From NCBI RefSeq assembly GCF_964204645.1, contig NC_134026.1, positions 18,448,150 to 18,512,149 of the forward strand: a stretch of DNA of 64,000 nt, written 5' to 3'. This DNA comes from Tubulanus polymorphus. Its lineage: Eukaryota; Animalia; Nemertea. Below the pieces are notes generated by a model. It saw nothing but the letters and a program-made list of their open reading frames with translations, was not told where the DNA came from and ran no database searches. A program made the translations under genes and the position numbers. This document shows, in pieces, positions 12,301 through 27,300 of this stretch (positions within the stretch are counted from its first letter, which is position 1; each line of letters starts with the position of its first letter).

Positions 12301-15300
12301 GAGATGTTGTGAAACTTAAAGGGGTCATACATTCATTCAGTATGTACGTCAGCATATTTACCAGAATTTTTGGAACCCCCTTCAAGAACATAATCACCAA
12401 GACCTACAGACGTACGCATACATCATTGATCTATATCCTGGCCGCTGAACCAGCCGTAATAAGCCTGGGATTCCACAGCCGATTTAGCCATTAATGCAGA
12501 AGCTACAGGGCTTGTAATTCAGGGAAAAAATGACCATCTTGAGCACAGAAAAGGCCACAGGATGGCCATCTTGCATTCCATTGACTCAATTTTTCTCATG
12601 TGGGGATACGTACATATATTTCTTTCACACATGAAAAATTCAAAATAATTGATTGAAGCATCTCCAAAATAACTTTAATACATATAACCTTCAAGACATG
12701 TAACATGTATATGGCCTATATGTCTGGCCAGAGAAAATGGAAGTAAATTTTCTCACCGATTTCTTTAGAATCGGTTTTGATATTCGTTGCTTACCTTGGC
12801 TTCACCCATTTCTTTTGAGTCGAAGTCGAAATGCATACATAATAGACCAACAGTAAAAAGGGAGCGTAGCAGCGTAGGTCGACTATTAACCATCCATTGA
12901 CTAGTAGGATTCTGTTTATGTTCGTTCATTAACCGGGATAACACACCTACAACGCGAATAATATCACATAAATTATAGAATACTTAAATTTTAGAATATT
13001 ATGTTCGAAAGCCACAGTGCTGTTATCATATACAGTAGACTCCCCCCATTAGGTACTGGTTAAATTGGTAAATGGCTCAAGTCGATATTTACAAAGATAT
13101 CAACAGTACAAATGCTACCAAGTAAGGCAGAGTCTGCTACAACTTCATATATTGTTCCAGTATAACAGTCACTTCATTTGCATTACACATTTATTTCATT
13201 TCAAGATTAGTACCGGCGAGTTAATTTCGTCATCACAGCGATGAAAACTTACCAAAGAACTTTTGAAAACAATCAGTCACAAGTTTATAGTTATGAGATA
13301 CAGTATTCACAACAGCTCCTAAACAGCTTACACAACTTTGTAGCACCTGTAAAATATGAACAAAATAAATTGATTGATTGAATCCATAGAAGGAGGACAT
13401 CATGCTAATGATTATAGGTGTAATTTCATTTCGCACGCGTAGCAAGCCTAGTATCTCATAAAAAAGTTCAGCAGTTACTAGTTATCATAATATGTTTACT
13501 TGAATTCAAATACTCAAATATTGAATCAGTAACATCTGGTCAAATCCTGGTTACAATGTTGGCATCTTTTTTTAATTGAAACTTTGGGCCGACATTTATA
13601 ATACCAGAAATAGTATAATTCAACTATCTGATCATGTTTCTAAATACTCTCTTAGTGGTAGCCATAGCCTACATCTCTTCTGCATTGGCATGATTTGAGA
13701 AGTGATGACTGAACTCAGCATTCATCTTTGTATTCAGAGGTCATTGGCACTGGTGGAAATATTAGTGCTCTACGATAATCGAACCCAAATATTTAGAAGA
13801 ACTAGGGGTCCAGGGACACCATGCCCACTTGGGAAGTGGTTCCAAATGCTCAACAATCTAACAATTTCAATATTCAAGGCCCCCTGGTGACCATATACAG
13901 AATCCAATGACCTTGAAACTCACCACAATCATGTCAGCAGCTACGATTTTGTAATGGATTGTGATAACAAAATATGCCTCGTTACCACTTCAATATGGAA
14001 ATACTAAGTTATTCTACTATTCAACGCCCCCTGGTGACCATATTCAAAACCCAATGACCTTGAAACTCACCATAATCATAGAACATGTCACGAACTATAA
14101 CTTTGTAATTGATCATGGTAACAAAATATGCCTAGGTACCAATATAATGAGGAAATACTAAGTTATTCTACTATTCAACGCCCCCTGGTGACCATATAGA
14201 ATAACTAATGGCCTTAAAACTTGCCACAACTTGCCATAGATGATGTCATGAGCTACAACTTTGCAATTGATTGTGGTTACAAAATATGCATTGATACGAA
14301 TATAATATAGAAATACTAAGATATTGCATTATTCAACGCCCCCTAGTGGCCATATACAAAAACCAATGACCTTGAAACTCACCACAGTCATAGAACACGT
14401 TATGAGCTACAACTTTCTAAATGATTGTGGTAACAAAATACGCTTAGGTATCAATATAATGTGGAAACATTTTTTCCCACTTACGAAAGATCAAGGTAAT
14501 TGATCAATGCGTCTTCAAAATTTCCCTCAAAAAGTTCAAAAATGTGTAAATAGTGCTGATTTTGGCGAACAACAATGGCTGCCAGTCGGCCATCTTGAAT
14601 CTGACAGGGCCAGTTTTTGGGCTGAAGATGTGTCTAGGGTAGATACATGTGTAACCCAAATATCAAGACATTACATTGAAGCGTCTTCCAAACTTCCCAA
14701 AATAACTGGATTCCGTCTACGGACGGACGGACGACGGACGAAAAGTGAACGCAATAGCCCACTGGGACTAAAGTCCCAAGTGGGCTAAAAATGTACTTAC
14801 CATCATACCATGTTTGAGTATTAATTTCATCATGTCCTCCTCGAGTTGCGCGAGGAAACTTTCACTCGGGTGTTCCATCATTGGAACAGCTACTTCCAAT
14901 ATGCGAGCCACATAATGTATTACCATGTAATCACTCTGTGTCTGTGAATGAAATCATAGAGCCGCAATCAAAATCAACCATCAGCAACCAGATCAAATGC
15001 TACTGCAATAACCCACAATAGGAATACCATATACAGGCAGAATGACCAACCTAATACTTTTCGTGATCGAACAAATTCTAGATTTCGTAGTAATTTCTAT
15101 CATTTAGTAGTATTTTAACATATTTTCCTAATACAGGACTTCTAACACATGCAAGGTATTTCGGCTGGTGTGGAATATTACAATTCACTCCAAAATGGCC
15201 AAAGGACAATGTTGGGGCCACAGGCTCTCATTGAATGTAGGCCAATGGGGCTCAAGGGGATTTCCTTTAGAAACTTTTGAGTTGTTAGTAGATGCTAACA

Positions 15301-18300
15301 TTCAGGAGGTATAGTCCAGACCAGATTCATGTGAAGCAGGTTTCTTGAAGCAAAATTCATTCATGTCATTGGTTCACCGATTCCCGGAGAGAATGACCAC
15401 GAGGTCAGAGCTAAAAACTGACCGATGTTAAAGGTAAAATCATACTTACCATGCATTTGATATTGAGATATGGCTGCAACGTCATCGAATGTTCGATTAA
15501 CAAGTCTGGCCGTACTTTACTGAACAGATGTAAAGTTGCCATACAGGCCACGAGCCGATGATTCAGTTTCTTTCCATCAGATGAATCTGAATAAAAATTG
15601 TGAATGCATCAGGGTTATCAACAAGAGTGCAATATGAAGTAAGTGACAAATCAGTTTCTACTCAATTTTTTGAAGAATATTTCACAACTATAATAATCTA
15701 CTAACCAACTGTTTGTTCTTCAAGAGACAGCACATTTTCTACGAGACAGTCAACAATTTGTTGGCAAGCTTTAAGCACCGGTTTCTGACTTTGATCATCC
15801 TCCTTTTTGAGAAGCTACAAAAGAATAATAATCCTGATTTACCAAAAGCATTTAATTAAACTGTTTAGTTAATACACAACAATAAAAAATATCACTTTCT
15901 CACTTCGATCAACTATAACACTTGAATCAATTTCATAGCAAATTTGTTCAATTTTTTGGTTTCAGTAATCAGTAGCTTAGACTTATGACCAGTGATGGTC
16001 TTTCATCCCTAATTGAAGTCATAACTACAGTAAGTTTGATAATTCCATAATTGTCTTCAATAATTTTGTTGAACCAAATGAAAATCATGTCGATTATCGA
16101 CTCAAATTTTCTATGTTTGTGGATCATAGTTCTTACAATTGGAGAAAGAATGATGTTTTAGTTGTACTGTGAACAACAGCCCTTCAGCTGAGATAGCTCA
16201 GCTGTGTTTGGTTGATGGCAGTAGAAAGATTGGATGAAAATTGTAGGACTTGCGGTGAATGAAAAGATTTATTCAAAAATTGGTTCAACACCATCCGTCA
16301 TAAATGTCTCCGCGCAACTACCCAAATTAACTGGATTTCGTATTTGCAGATGAACTTACCGCTTCAATAAGCTGTTCTAACCATTCGTAACCCGTGTCAC
16401 GACACGCTGAAACCTAAATTAAGACATTACAATAAGGTCAATAGATCGTTACGTTAGAAAATATTTGCAGTCAAACTAAACTCTATTGATTGATATACGA
16501 GAACGATCTTTAGTGATTTTTTGAATTGCTATGATTTCAACAAGTGACATTCAATTATGGTTATCTAAGATTATTGTTTATTTCTAAAAGGAAGATGGTC
16601 TTTACAACATGGTTAACAAGTCTAATATAGGGAGTATTCTCCCCATTTCCAGGTTTAACATTTTCCTGTCTGAGCTAATTTTTCCTATAAGACTCTGTGG
16701 TCATTCATAGGTATTTTGCGTTGCCCACTAATCCCACGTATAACTATCCGTTTTATATTCATAATGAAGTTGGACTCTTCGACTGAAATACCACGACTCT
16801 TAAATAAAATTGATACGAACTGAGGGCTAAACTAAAAGATTGCAAAAAATTTGCCCGAGTTAAATGGAAAATGTGATACGGTAGAAGCATCTGTATACAC
16901 CATAGACGATGGTTTCCAATTACCGTATACAGTTGAAGGGAGCTGCATCATCTAAGACTGATTTATACACAACTAGAGCTTACGATAAGTTACGTACCAC
17001 TTCTGATATGTTGATAACGCGACGGACTAATTTATCGGGATTACTTCGATCTTTAGTCGGCGTGAACCACATGTTCTGAAATACCTCACTGACCAATTTC
17101 TAAAAATAACAAGAAAAAATGTCATGTTGAATAAATCAACCGGTTCATTGTCTGCCTGTCAATGTTTACCAAATAATTAACTGCCATCAAATGCTCGAGA
17201 ATTAAATTATGAAAACATCATTTTTTCCAAAACTTATTTCACTTCAAAACCGAAAGTTTCCATGAAGGATACCCGATGCCAAAACCAAACATTTGAGGAG
17301 CCACCAACAACTTGGCTATACGCAATCATTTTGAAGAGTAACTCAGTTCAAAGGTATTCATTCATATCAAAGTTATGGACAATGTCCGTCCACAGGCAAA
17401 GATTTTCAGCTTCCACACTTAAACACTTAAAAGCAACCTACTTTAATTCCTTCTTCGTCATTGACCCTTCGTATCATACGAACGCACATTTCCGGTATTT
17501 TAGGGAACTCCGGCTGCTCCAGGCAGATATCTCGAAAAATTTTGATCACACGTTTACGCACACTAATACCGGTGTCCTGCAAATCAATTCACCAAATTAT
17601 TGTGGGTGTGTATAATCATTACATAGATCTATAAATGTATATCATATCAGCGGAGTAGACATTTGTTGTAATGAACTTGGATACTGTTTCATTCTATTGC
17701 AGGGATTATACCCTTTAGGGGAAGTGAATTTTCAGGACTTTTCCAAAAACTTGGTTCATAATCAGGGCACTATTGTCAGCTGACCTCCAACCTTCAAAAA
17801 TCATTTTCAGCGAGGAATAAAATTTTGTTTAACCCACTAGCACTCAAGCTGCCTGTATCAGCCATGCCTATTAAATACTCCAGCTGCCCGAATCCACCCT
17901 GACACTTTTTTCGTTTGCTGCTCAAAAACGGTTATAGTAAGATTCGAACCGAATAGCTTATGCTAAACTAGACACCCAAGTCAGAAATCAACGTCTTCTA
18001 ATTTGAATTCTGAGAATTTGGAGGAAGAACATGACTGATCTGAGCGCTCATATCATCTGAAAGCCTTGACTATTTGCTACAAAATAACACAAACTTGTAA
18101 TGCATGAAAACAAACAGCAAATGAGCAATTCGGTATCGTGACTTCAATTTTCCCTTGAATTTTCTAAGGAGTAATTGACACTACATAGTGAAATTTCTGA
18201 GTGCTAATGGGTTAAAATGGACAAGCTTTCTGGTATTCTACCGAAAAAAGGTCCATTTTCCAACACACTCCCTCGGTGCTGGATATCGTTTCAACAAAAC

Positions 18301-21300
18301 GTAGATAGAAGTTATTTCCGGAAAGAGAGCACCCAGCTCACAATCCCGCTTGTCAGTCTGTACCAATTTGAAAATCATTTCCCCAGCGTTTGTTGGATTC
18401 AGCGCACGAAAAGTTAACACTTACCAGTATTCGTTCGGAGAGCATGTCGTAATACTGGTTTATAAGCTCAGGACGGATGAGAATGAATTTTCCGACGAGT
18501 TCAACAGCGGCCTCTCTGACTGACGTTGATTGGTCCAGAAATCTACCGTGTACACCACGCTGCATATCAGGCTGAAACGTTATACATGAATAAAATGGAT
18601 CAATCACACAGATAAATTCTAGCTCATTCTAGCTTGACGTATTTGTGAATTTAATTTTTTAACATGAAAATATAGGATTCATATTTCTGCATATCATTCA
18701 TAACGACGTCGGGAGAATTGATATCTTAAATCATTCCCTTTTCATCGATTCAAAATGTCATTGACAATGACAGCATCCATCTTGTCGACATACTAGTATC
18801 CAATGAACTGTCTCGTAGATTGTAGCAATTAATCAGTTGGATTCTTGCGAATAAGACCCTGAAGTCTGACAAGACCAAAAATTTTAACATCCACAAAAGC
18901 GAGGAAAGTAAATTCTCATCCCTAAACAGTGTTCTTCACAAAAGATTTCCAGGGGTGTGGCCACCCCTTTCATTTATACATACACCCCTCCGAAAATCAG
19001 CAACCCCTTATAAAATATCTGCCGCTCCAATCAGAAATATTAAATATACACGCCAAAATTAAGCTAGTTTCTGTATTTTTTGGCGGATTTAAAGCATTGC
19101 TACTTAAGCAGTCCTGATGCCATACACTGAACAATAAATGCAGCGCTTAAAAAATCCAGCATATGAAAAATAACTACAAGAGTATGGGATCGTCCCAAAG
19201 AATACCTCAACCAAATTGACTCACCCGCGCTAAAATGCTCGGATCTGCTTCGACAACGGACGTCAAACACTTCATTGCTTTCGTTCGTACGGCGACAGCA
19301 GTTTCACAAAGTACCTTCAATATCTGAGTGAGATATATGTCGAAACTTTGTGAAAACGGCCGATTCGATGCTAGATACCGCGACACCCAACACGCGTGAT
19401 CGTAATCCATGCTCGTTCTCGATGACCTGACAAAATAATTTGACGTATAAACTGGCAATTGAGTTCTAAACATTTATGATTATTCTAGGTTCACACCCAA
19501 TTTTTTTTGAATCAGGAAATTCTAGCCATCAAAATTACAATCACCACAATTTAGACATTTCTGTCATATTCAATCTCTCAACACATTAGAACTTTGCCTA
19601 AGCGAGGAAACTTTTTATTCAGGGTTCTGATTTATTACAAGTCTTTCCATAGCTTGCGCATTCAAGTGCCATGAATCTTAGTCCGATGCACCTGCTATGT
19701 AGAGTGATTTTGAATTCTATATTAAGATACGACTTCGTTTTTGATTAGTTCCGTTTCAAACATTGAGGCCACTAGTGTGCCAAAAAACGAAATGTGTTCT
19801 TAAGTAGTATGTTGTGATGGCGCAAATAATCCCATTTAGTATGGTTTGCACTAAATGAAGTGTTTTTTTTACACACAAAATATTGGAATTAACATGATTC
19901 AAAGCAGGATGAATTTGACGTGTTTCTTGCCTACCACTTTTTGTCACTCTTAGCGTATCAATGCTTGATATTTGCGCCCAGGCAATCGGAATTGGTTCCT
20001 TACCAACTGGCAGGCAGTATTAACGATTTCAGCTTGATCCTCATGGCTCATTGGTCAATTCAGAAAATTCATTGAATAACGAAATATCCCATAGTAGCAA
20101 CTTAGTTTCATATACTCACTTATAGGTTGATAACGATCCCGTATAAGCTTTCACTTGCGACAGCATAAACCGTTTGCGTTTTTCAGTTTGGTCCAATAAT
20201 TCCTTCGTTTTCTCCATCTCTCTAACGGCCTCATCGTCGGCATCATCCGGTTCATCCTCGCTGTTATCGGCATCGTCGTCGTCACTGTTCGTTTTCCGGC
20301 GAGATTTCTTCTTCCATTTCTCTGGCGTTGGCTTGTTTTTCGATACCTTTTCGGCCTGCACAGAACTGTCTCGGTACCATTGAGCGATGTTGAACTGTCT
20401 AGCGAACTGTAGACAATACAATGAGCACATTCAATTTTAGAGAACATAAACGGTGGCTGGTGGTACAGCTCGAAAATCAAACGAAAATATATCATTTGGT
20501 CGAAAGGTTTTTGGTCGATATCTTTACTAAAATTAATCATTCGATGCAATAACCCTTTGTATCAAACATACTAAAGGTTTTCCGATGCACAACTGGGGCT
20601 GATCCTGAGTGTAATTACGTGCAACTACATGAATTTAACATCTAACTCCTAACGGAAATGCACTTTGAGTTTTCACCTGTTTGTGTTGCGGATGAATATC
20701 TAAACACGCCTGTACTTACATGGTAACACGGATCACTAGCCGCGTTGTGCGCTAAATACTCCAACATCAACTTCTGAAGCACTTGAGTTTTGTCATTATG
20801 ATCCATCTGAATTAAAATTTAATACAATTTCACCATCAGGATTCCATTGTTATCATTTAAAAATTGAGAAGTAAATTTCATTTTTGAACTCAAGAATCAA
20901 ATTTTTACCAGGAACTTAGGAACTCGGTCCAATTCATACAATGAATTGAATTGACATCATGTTTTAAGCCCCAATCGAACTAAGCGCTTTAAGCACACGT
21001 CAATATTCAAATTAAGCCATTTGTTAAATGAAACTATTTCAAAACCTATTTCCCGATGGACCATATGATAAGCACTTTTGAATAAACGGAGCATGAAAAA
21101 GTTGCATTTTTCAGGGCCATCAAAAAGAATTCCATCAAGCACTTAAAAATTTCAAAGATCCACTATGAAACCAGTGCGATATATCGGAATCTACTGAATA
21201 ACGATCTTCTATTGCTCTACTCACATCGGGATTATCCTTTATAGATTTGGTTTTCGCACCTTCGTCTTCACTTTCATTTATCTGAAAAATTTTAAACGTG

Positions 21301-24300
21301 ATGAAATAGTGAACTTTTTAATTCAAAGTTCAGCAACTACATTCTAATCAATTGAATTTCAAGCGTAGAAAATGTAATTTACTTGTTCCATAATTTCTTC
21401 TAACGTTTCATGATTGAGATGACTAGATACAGCATCTTTTCGGAGTCTGGATGCTACGATTCCCAGATAATCCAACGATGCTACCCTGAGAGACATATCA
21501 ACTGATTTATTACTAAACTGTTGAACCTGAAATGAGCAAAACACAAGACCATTAAAGATGTGAATTTTTCTCAGATAACACTAGATATGTCTGTACTACA
21601 CTGTGAACACTAGATATGTCTGTACTATACAGTGAAATCCTTACACTATATCTGAATCAGTACAAGTGAACATAAGCATTACGCTACATGCATTACTAGT
21701 ACAGAATAAAGCTTGACCGAATTCAGGAAATTTCAGGGCTTCAAACCTGATGGCATCGAGACTCGCCCTGGTAGGAAACCCTGCCACACTAAACCCGAGT
21801 GGCCAAGTACATGCGTCATTACCAGCCTACCAAAAATCCCATATTATCTCAATACGGGTTTTTCCATTTATAGATTTTTCGTGAAATTTGCCACAGGGGT
21901 CGCAACGTTTCGTGCACATGTACCTGTGCACCAGGTCTAGTGCTGGTGGAAGGGTTACGTGCCGTGGCTGAGAGTAGCGATGCCATCAGGTTCGAATACC
22001 TGCGAGGGAGGATGGGAAATTCAGGATATTGAACATGCCCTACACAATGAACCCGAGAATTAATTGATAAGGAATAGATCACTTTTCAATTCATGAAAGG
22101 AATCTGATCATTTTTAGCTATATCAAAGTTGGCAATGTGGAAAGTCGAGTAACATTTAATTTCATAATCATTCAACACTTACTAAAAGCCTGCCAAGTAA
22201 ACTGAGTAACAGTTCAGCTGCCGGCCATTCCGGTTTATTCACTGTTGTGAGAAGATCTTGAACGAAATTCTCGAACAAAGGTCGGAAGTCATCCTCCCCT
22301 TTGATTGCACATCTGTTCAATAGAAAATAACATGAATTTCAGATTGGGTTTTCTTATTTTTTAAATTTTTCACTTAAATCGGCTTTACTTCTTTAAACTT
22401 ACTTCCGTAAAAACACAGACAAGAAACTATGACCACTTCGCATGGCAACTTCGTACGAGGTTACAATCATGACATCTCTGTCAATCTGAAAATATAATTC
22501 ACGTACCATTAGAAAACTTTAAAAGACTGGATATTTCGTCAAATCTTCACACAGCATCCAGTTCCAGTGTTGCGTTAAATTTGTCGGCTCAAATATAGTT
22601 TTTTGTTTAAAATTAGGGTCATTTCCAAAATTTCAACCAGTTGAATGTTAACTCTTTAATGAACTGGGTCGAGAACAGAATCCTACTTCTGTCGGTTGAA
22701 ATATAATTTTTGTTAAAAAGTAGGGTAATTTCCAATATTTCAACTTGTCGAATCTTAACAGAAAACTTTTTAATGAACTGGATCGAGAACTGAATCTATC
22801 CCACCTTATCCTTTTTCTCTTTTTTCTCATCGACTTCTTCACCCGGTTTAACTTGATCGATCTTTGGCAATTGCACAACACACTGCATTAACTGTAGCAC
22901 CAACGCAGTTACCATTTGAATACTTTCCTCAGAACTGAGCCTATAGTTGGATAGAGATCGATATATTCATCAATCGATAAGGAAACCTATTAGCCGACCT
23001 AAAATAATTGGTGATGATATAAGCTATCTGATCAAATTACGCTAAATCATACCTGAAACTTCGGAGATTTCGTTTACTTGAAGGCAGCCGAGCTAAGGAT
23101 GCAAATATATCCTCGATAATCAGTGTACGATGCTTCTCATATCGTGAGAACACCTACAAAGGAAAAATCACAAGTTTATTATATATACAATGCCAAAAAA
23201 ATACAGTAATTAATGAGCTTGAAAGTCACAACAATCATCGAACATGTCATGAGCAATATATATGGCAATACCATGTTATCCCAACATTCATTGCTATGCC
23301 CCATTGTAATGGACTGGACATGTTTAACCAAGGACTATGAACCCGTAATAAATCAATTATTAGAATTGAATTCATTTTTTTCAATACTTGGGCCAATATG
23401 AATATTTCCTCAATGAAACTTAAATACGGTGTATATAAATTGAAAATCGTAGTCTTGTATTCCTTGAGATTTTTTTTCGTGGAAAAAGCATTTTGCTGAT
23501 TCTGGGATAAATACCTATTATATCATTTGCCGTACTGATGAGAAAAACTTAAACAAATACGGATGAATCATATCGGTTGATATGCATGCATATTTGATGT
23601 CATCCGTATTCAATAGGGGTGGACACCTCATATGGCCCAATCCTCACACCAAGTTTCAAGGAAATCTATCAAATATTGCAACAAAAAATTCAAAATGCCT
23701 ATTGGCCTTGTTTATATTGGCCGATGACTTCCATTTTCAATAGAAGTGGACATCCCACAAGCCCCCATCCTCACACCAAGTTTGATGGAAATCTGTCAAG
23801 AATTGCAGGCTGGATCCTACTAAAAAGGTGTTAAAAGGACGACAGATGTCGCACACTGACTGAGGTGCTCAACCTCCTTAATAGACATAATTCTAAGGTC
23901 GATTTACCACTTCTGCCGGCACCATTGGGTTTATATAACATCTATTGCCGACGATAATCGTTTTTAAAACATCAACATACCGTGGTGACTAGTTTTATTG
24001 CACTGAGCTGTAGTTCGCTGACGTTTTCCACGAAGAATGGACTGACGCCGAGTGATGAGATCTGCAGTACGACCGTATCGGTCAATTCTTGCAACTCGAC
24101 GAGATCGGCCAATATGCCGACCAGCTCCGTCAGCTTGTTGTACATCGTGAGTACAGATTTGCTTTTCACCTGGCTTGCTCTTGCCCGTTTCGCTTTCAAA
24201 CTGCCGTGATAATCTGGAAAATTTTTTATCATTGTCATCATTTGTTTGCCAACAAGTGCTTAGAGATAAGTCTTGCCAATAAATACACAACATAAGACAA

Positions 24301-27300
24301 TAAGGGGATTTACAAATTTCAAAGTTGGTACATGTAAATCCCACATTGTGTTTGGCAACCGATAATGTACTACCTGTATATTACATTTAGTGAATATTGA
24401 TTATAACCCTTTCACCCTGCCTACCCCACTTTGCAGAGTATAGCATCAACTCGTCATGTGCTGTGTTTACCCCATAGTACAGCGTATCCAAAAATTAGCC
24501 GTCTGAGCGACTGAGTTGACTGACCCTTCTGTTTAGTCAATCATTTGAATCGGAATGAAAACAGTCGTGTAGCTGTATTTTCAGTATCACTCATTAGAAC
24601 AATAACAGTTTTCTCATGCTATGAATGATTCCATATTAATTGATAATGAATTGACCAGCATATAAATCACCAAGTCGGTCCACCACTTGGTCATGACTAA
24701 GTTAAGTGAGTCCCAGAATTAACGGCTGATACATTGCTCGAGTCGAATTGGTCTCAGCCAGTAGAAAAAGGATACTGAATAGCAGCCCCTTTCAAGCATT
24801 GCGAAATCATAATAACTATTGATATGCAGCAATGGGTCGAAGAGGCAATGTAATAATACATCTGAGGCGCAATTTTCTGAAATTGTCAATTCACCCTCAC
24901 AGATATAGGGTGGTAAGTGTCAGCAGTCAAAGGGTGTATCAAATCAGAATATCATTTAGAGTCCATAAGTACAAATAGAACAACCACAAAATTTTCAACC
25001 CCAACTTCTGCACAATTCAAATGGATATGTCATACCAAAAACTCCAGGTGAATCAGGTTTTGCTGATTAATCCTGACATTTATCAATGGCACAAGATGAA
25101 TAAATACATTCAATGGCCTACCAATGATTTTGGAAATAAGACAAATGAACAAACCTTTATTTACGGTTCTATAAACTGGATCATATTCCGGGTAAACGGA
25201 ATTCGTGAGCTGGAACTTGATCAACATGACGCAACGATCGATGACGTCGTCGATGTAAACTTGTTTGGGCATGTTCGGCGATGTCATAATGTACAGCGAT
25301 ATCAGCGCGGCGTCGATGCTGCGATTCACGCGGTCTAACGTCAACTCACGCCACAACTGATCGTCGTCGGCATCTCCATCCTAGAAATAATAATAAAGTA
25401 TGCGATATCATAGTAGAGCAAATATTGTTCGTCTTTCAAAAGGTGGAGGCAGGTTGATTAGCAACTGCTCGCGACTCAAGGCAAACTGCGTTGCAACTCG
25501 CCACAGATGGGTTGGCAACAGTGTGCAACGAGTCACTCAGTTGCAAGAGAAGCAAGGTGATTGCGAATGGGAGACATGGTTGTGTTGCGATGCAGAAAGT
25601 ACAACAGTAGTGGGACTCGTTGCATATTGAGCGGCTGGCAGTTGCAAGAGTGCATATATCGACCTGTCTTTGATGTGATCATCGCTGGTATTTGCAGAAA
25701 ATCATGTCACAACAATGAGCTGCACGGCCCTGCTAAGAGCTCACGTAGCCTAGGCGTTTGATAAAGCGAGTATCCGAATGAGGAACAATCGAAGAGGGAC
25801 ATGATTTTGGCAAATAACAAGCTCTCAAAACTATCACAATGGACTTCTGAGACTATCTGATGGTGCAAAATCTGAGAATCATTGTGGAGACAATACAGGG
25901 GCCAATTGCTCACTAGTTTGTTTAAGGTGGTGGATAAACACTAGCTTGTTTAAGATAACTGGTGGATAAACAATGAACTTTTAATTGTCACCGTGTCTAC
26001 TCCCCTGAACTACATAAGAAATCTTAAATCATGGGCTTGATGGTACTATGGTCTAATCAGCGGATTTTACATTGATAATACGGGTAATTCTGAAGATCAT
26101 ACAAAACTAAACCAGTCCAGTTAACTGCTGAAGTTATCATTTAGACATTTGATACTGGTCCATTGACCATAGTTTTCAGTAATTCATCAATAAGGGATAT
26201 CCAACGAATTTCAGGGACGGTTGCCAGCTCCGTTAAGTATGATTTCTAATCCATCCCTTCAGCACAGTATGATCAATTCTAATCTATCCCTGCTGTAAAG
26301 TATGATTTCTAATCTATCCCCTTCAATGAGAATGATTTTGTAACTGCCCCTCCTTACAGCACGGTTTCTAATATATCCCCCTCCTTAGAACATCAGATTT
26401 CTAATATTGTACTTACATGTGGCGAGCAGGGAATAAGTCTGCACGCGTCTTTAATATTCCACTGTAGAACGGTCATCAGTTTTATAAGCTTATCTCGAGG
26501 AATCTATAGAACAAGTGACAAATAGAAATACAAGAGTAGTTTGCACAGTCTCGAAAGTGTATGACAAAATGCACAAAATATGTACCTTTTTCATAACACC
26601 AACTGATTTCAGTTTAGCCGCCTCACTACAAATATCTGCAACTAGCGACCTAGCTACCAGTACATCATTGGGTACTTCACCTTCATCTTCATCTATGGGA
26701 GAAAAAAAATTGTTAACCATCAAATTTAGACAACAGTAGACCCTCGAATCTCCGCCAACCTTGGGATGCGTATAATCTTGGTAGATTGTCGAATTCGGAT
26801 AAATGAAAAGAATAGCATTGCGATTATTAATAAGTACAGGATCAGATCAGACACTATTCATGATGTCCTTATGCCACATACTTCAAATACATCATCTATT
26901 AGCGTCTAAAGATAACAAATTGAGGTAGGCACCTCTATTCTAGGTGGTCCTGATGTCAGTTACACGCTTCAATCAGAAGCTCCACGTAGAAAGGATTAAC
27001 TCTCTAACACCGACTTTTATAGTTACCTGCTTCCATGTTTGCTAAATTGAGATCTTCCGTCGATTCGATGACTTCATCGACGTAACCGACAAATCGTTTG
27101 AATGTTCCAGATTCCATCAGTTCATCGGTCGTAAGCGGTTTCAAAACGACCATTCGAGACTTATCACGCTCCCGACGTTTAAGTTTCTTCTCCTTTTCTT
27201 TAGCAGTTTCTTTGTTTGGCGCTAAAACAGAATACAGTCGGAATACAAAATCGAAAGCATATATTCAGTCAATCAAATGAAGGCCACAGTATCGGCTCTT

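Noticed and set aside
14507-14788. Similar ORFs at 14507, 11322, 38067, 38310 and 40173 that look like a gene family
   Set aside because: All lie in the non-coding core of the HINE-like repeat and frames are not conserved between copies.
26234-26405. CRISPR-like short repeats with spacers
   Set aside because: Eukaryotic intron, degenerate units with related 'spacers' and no cas genes; an ordinary minisatellite.
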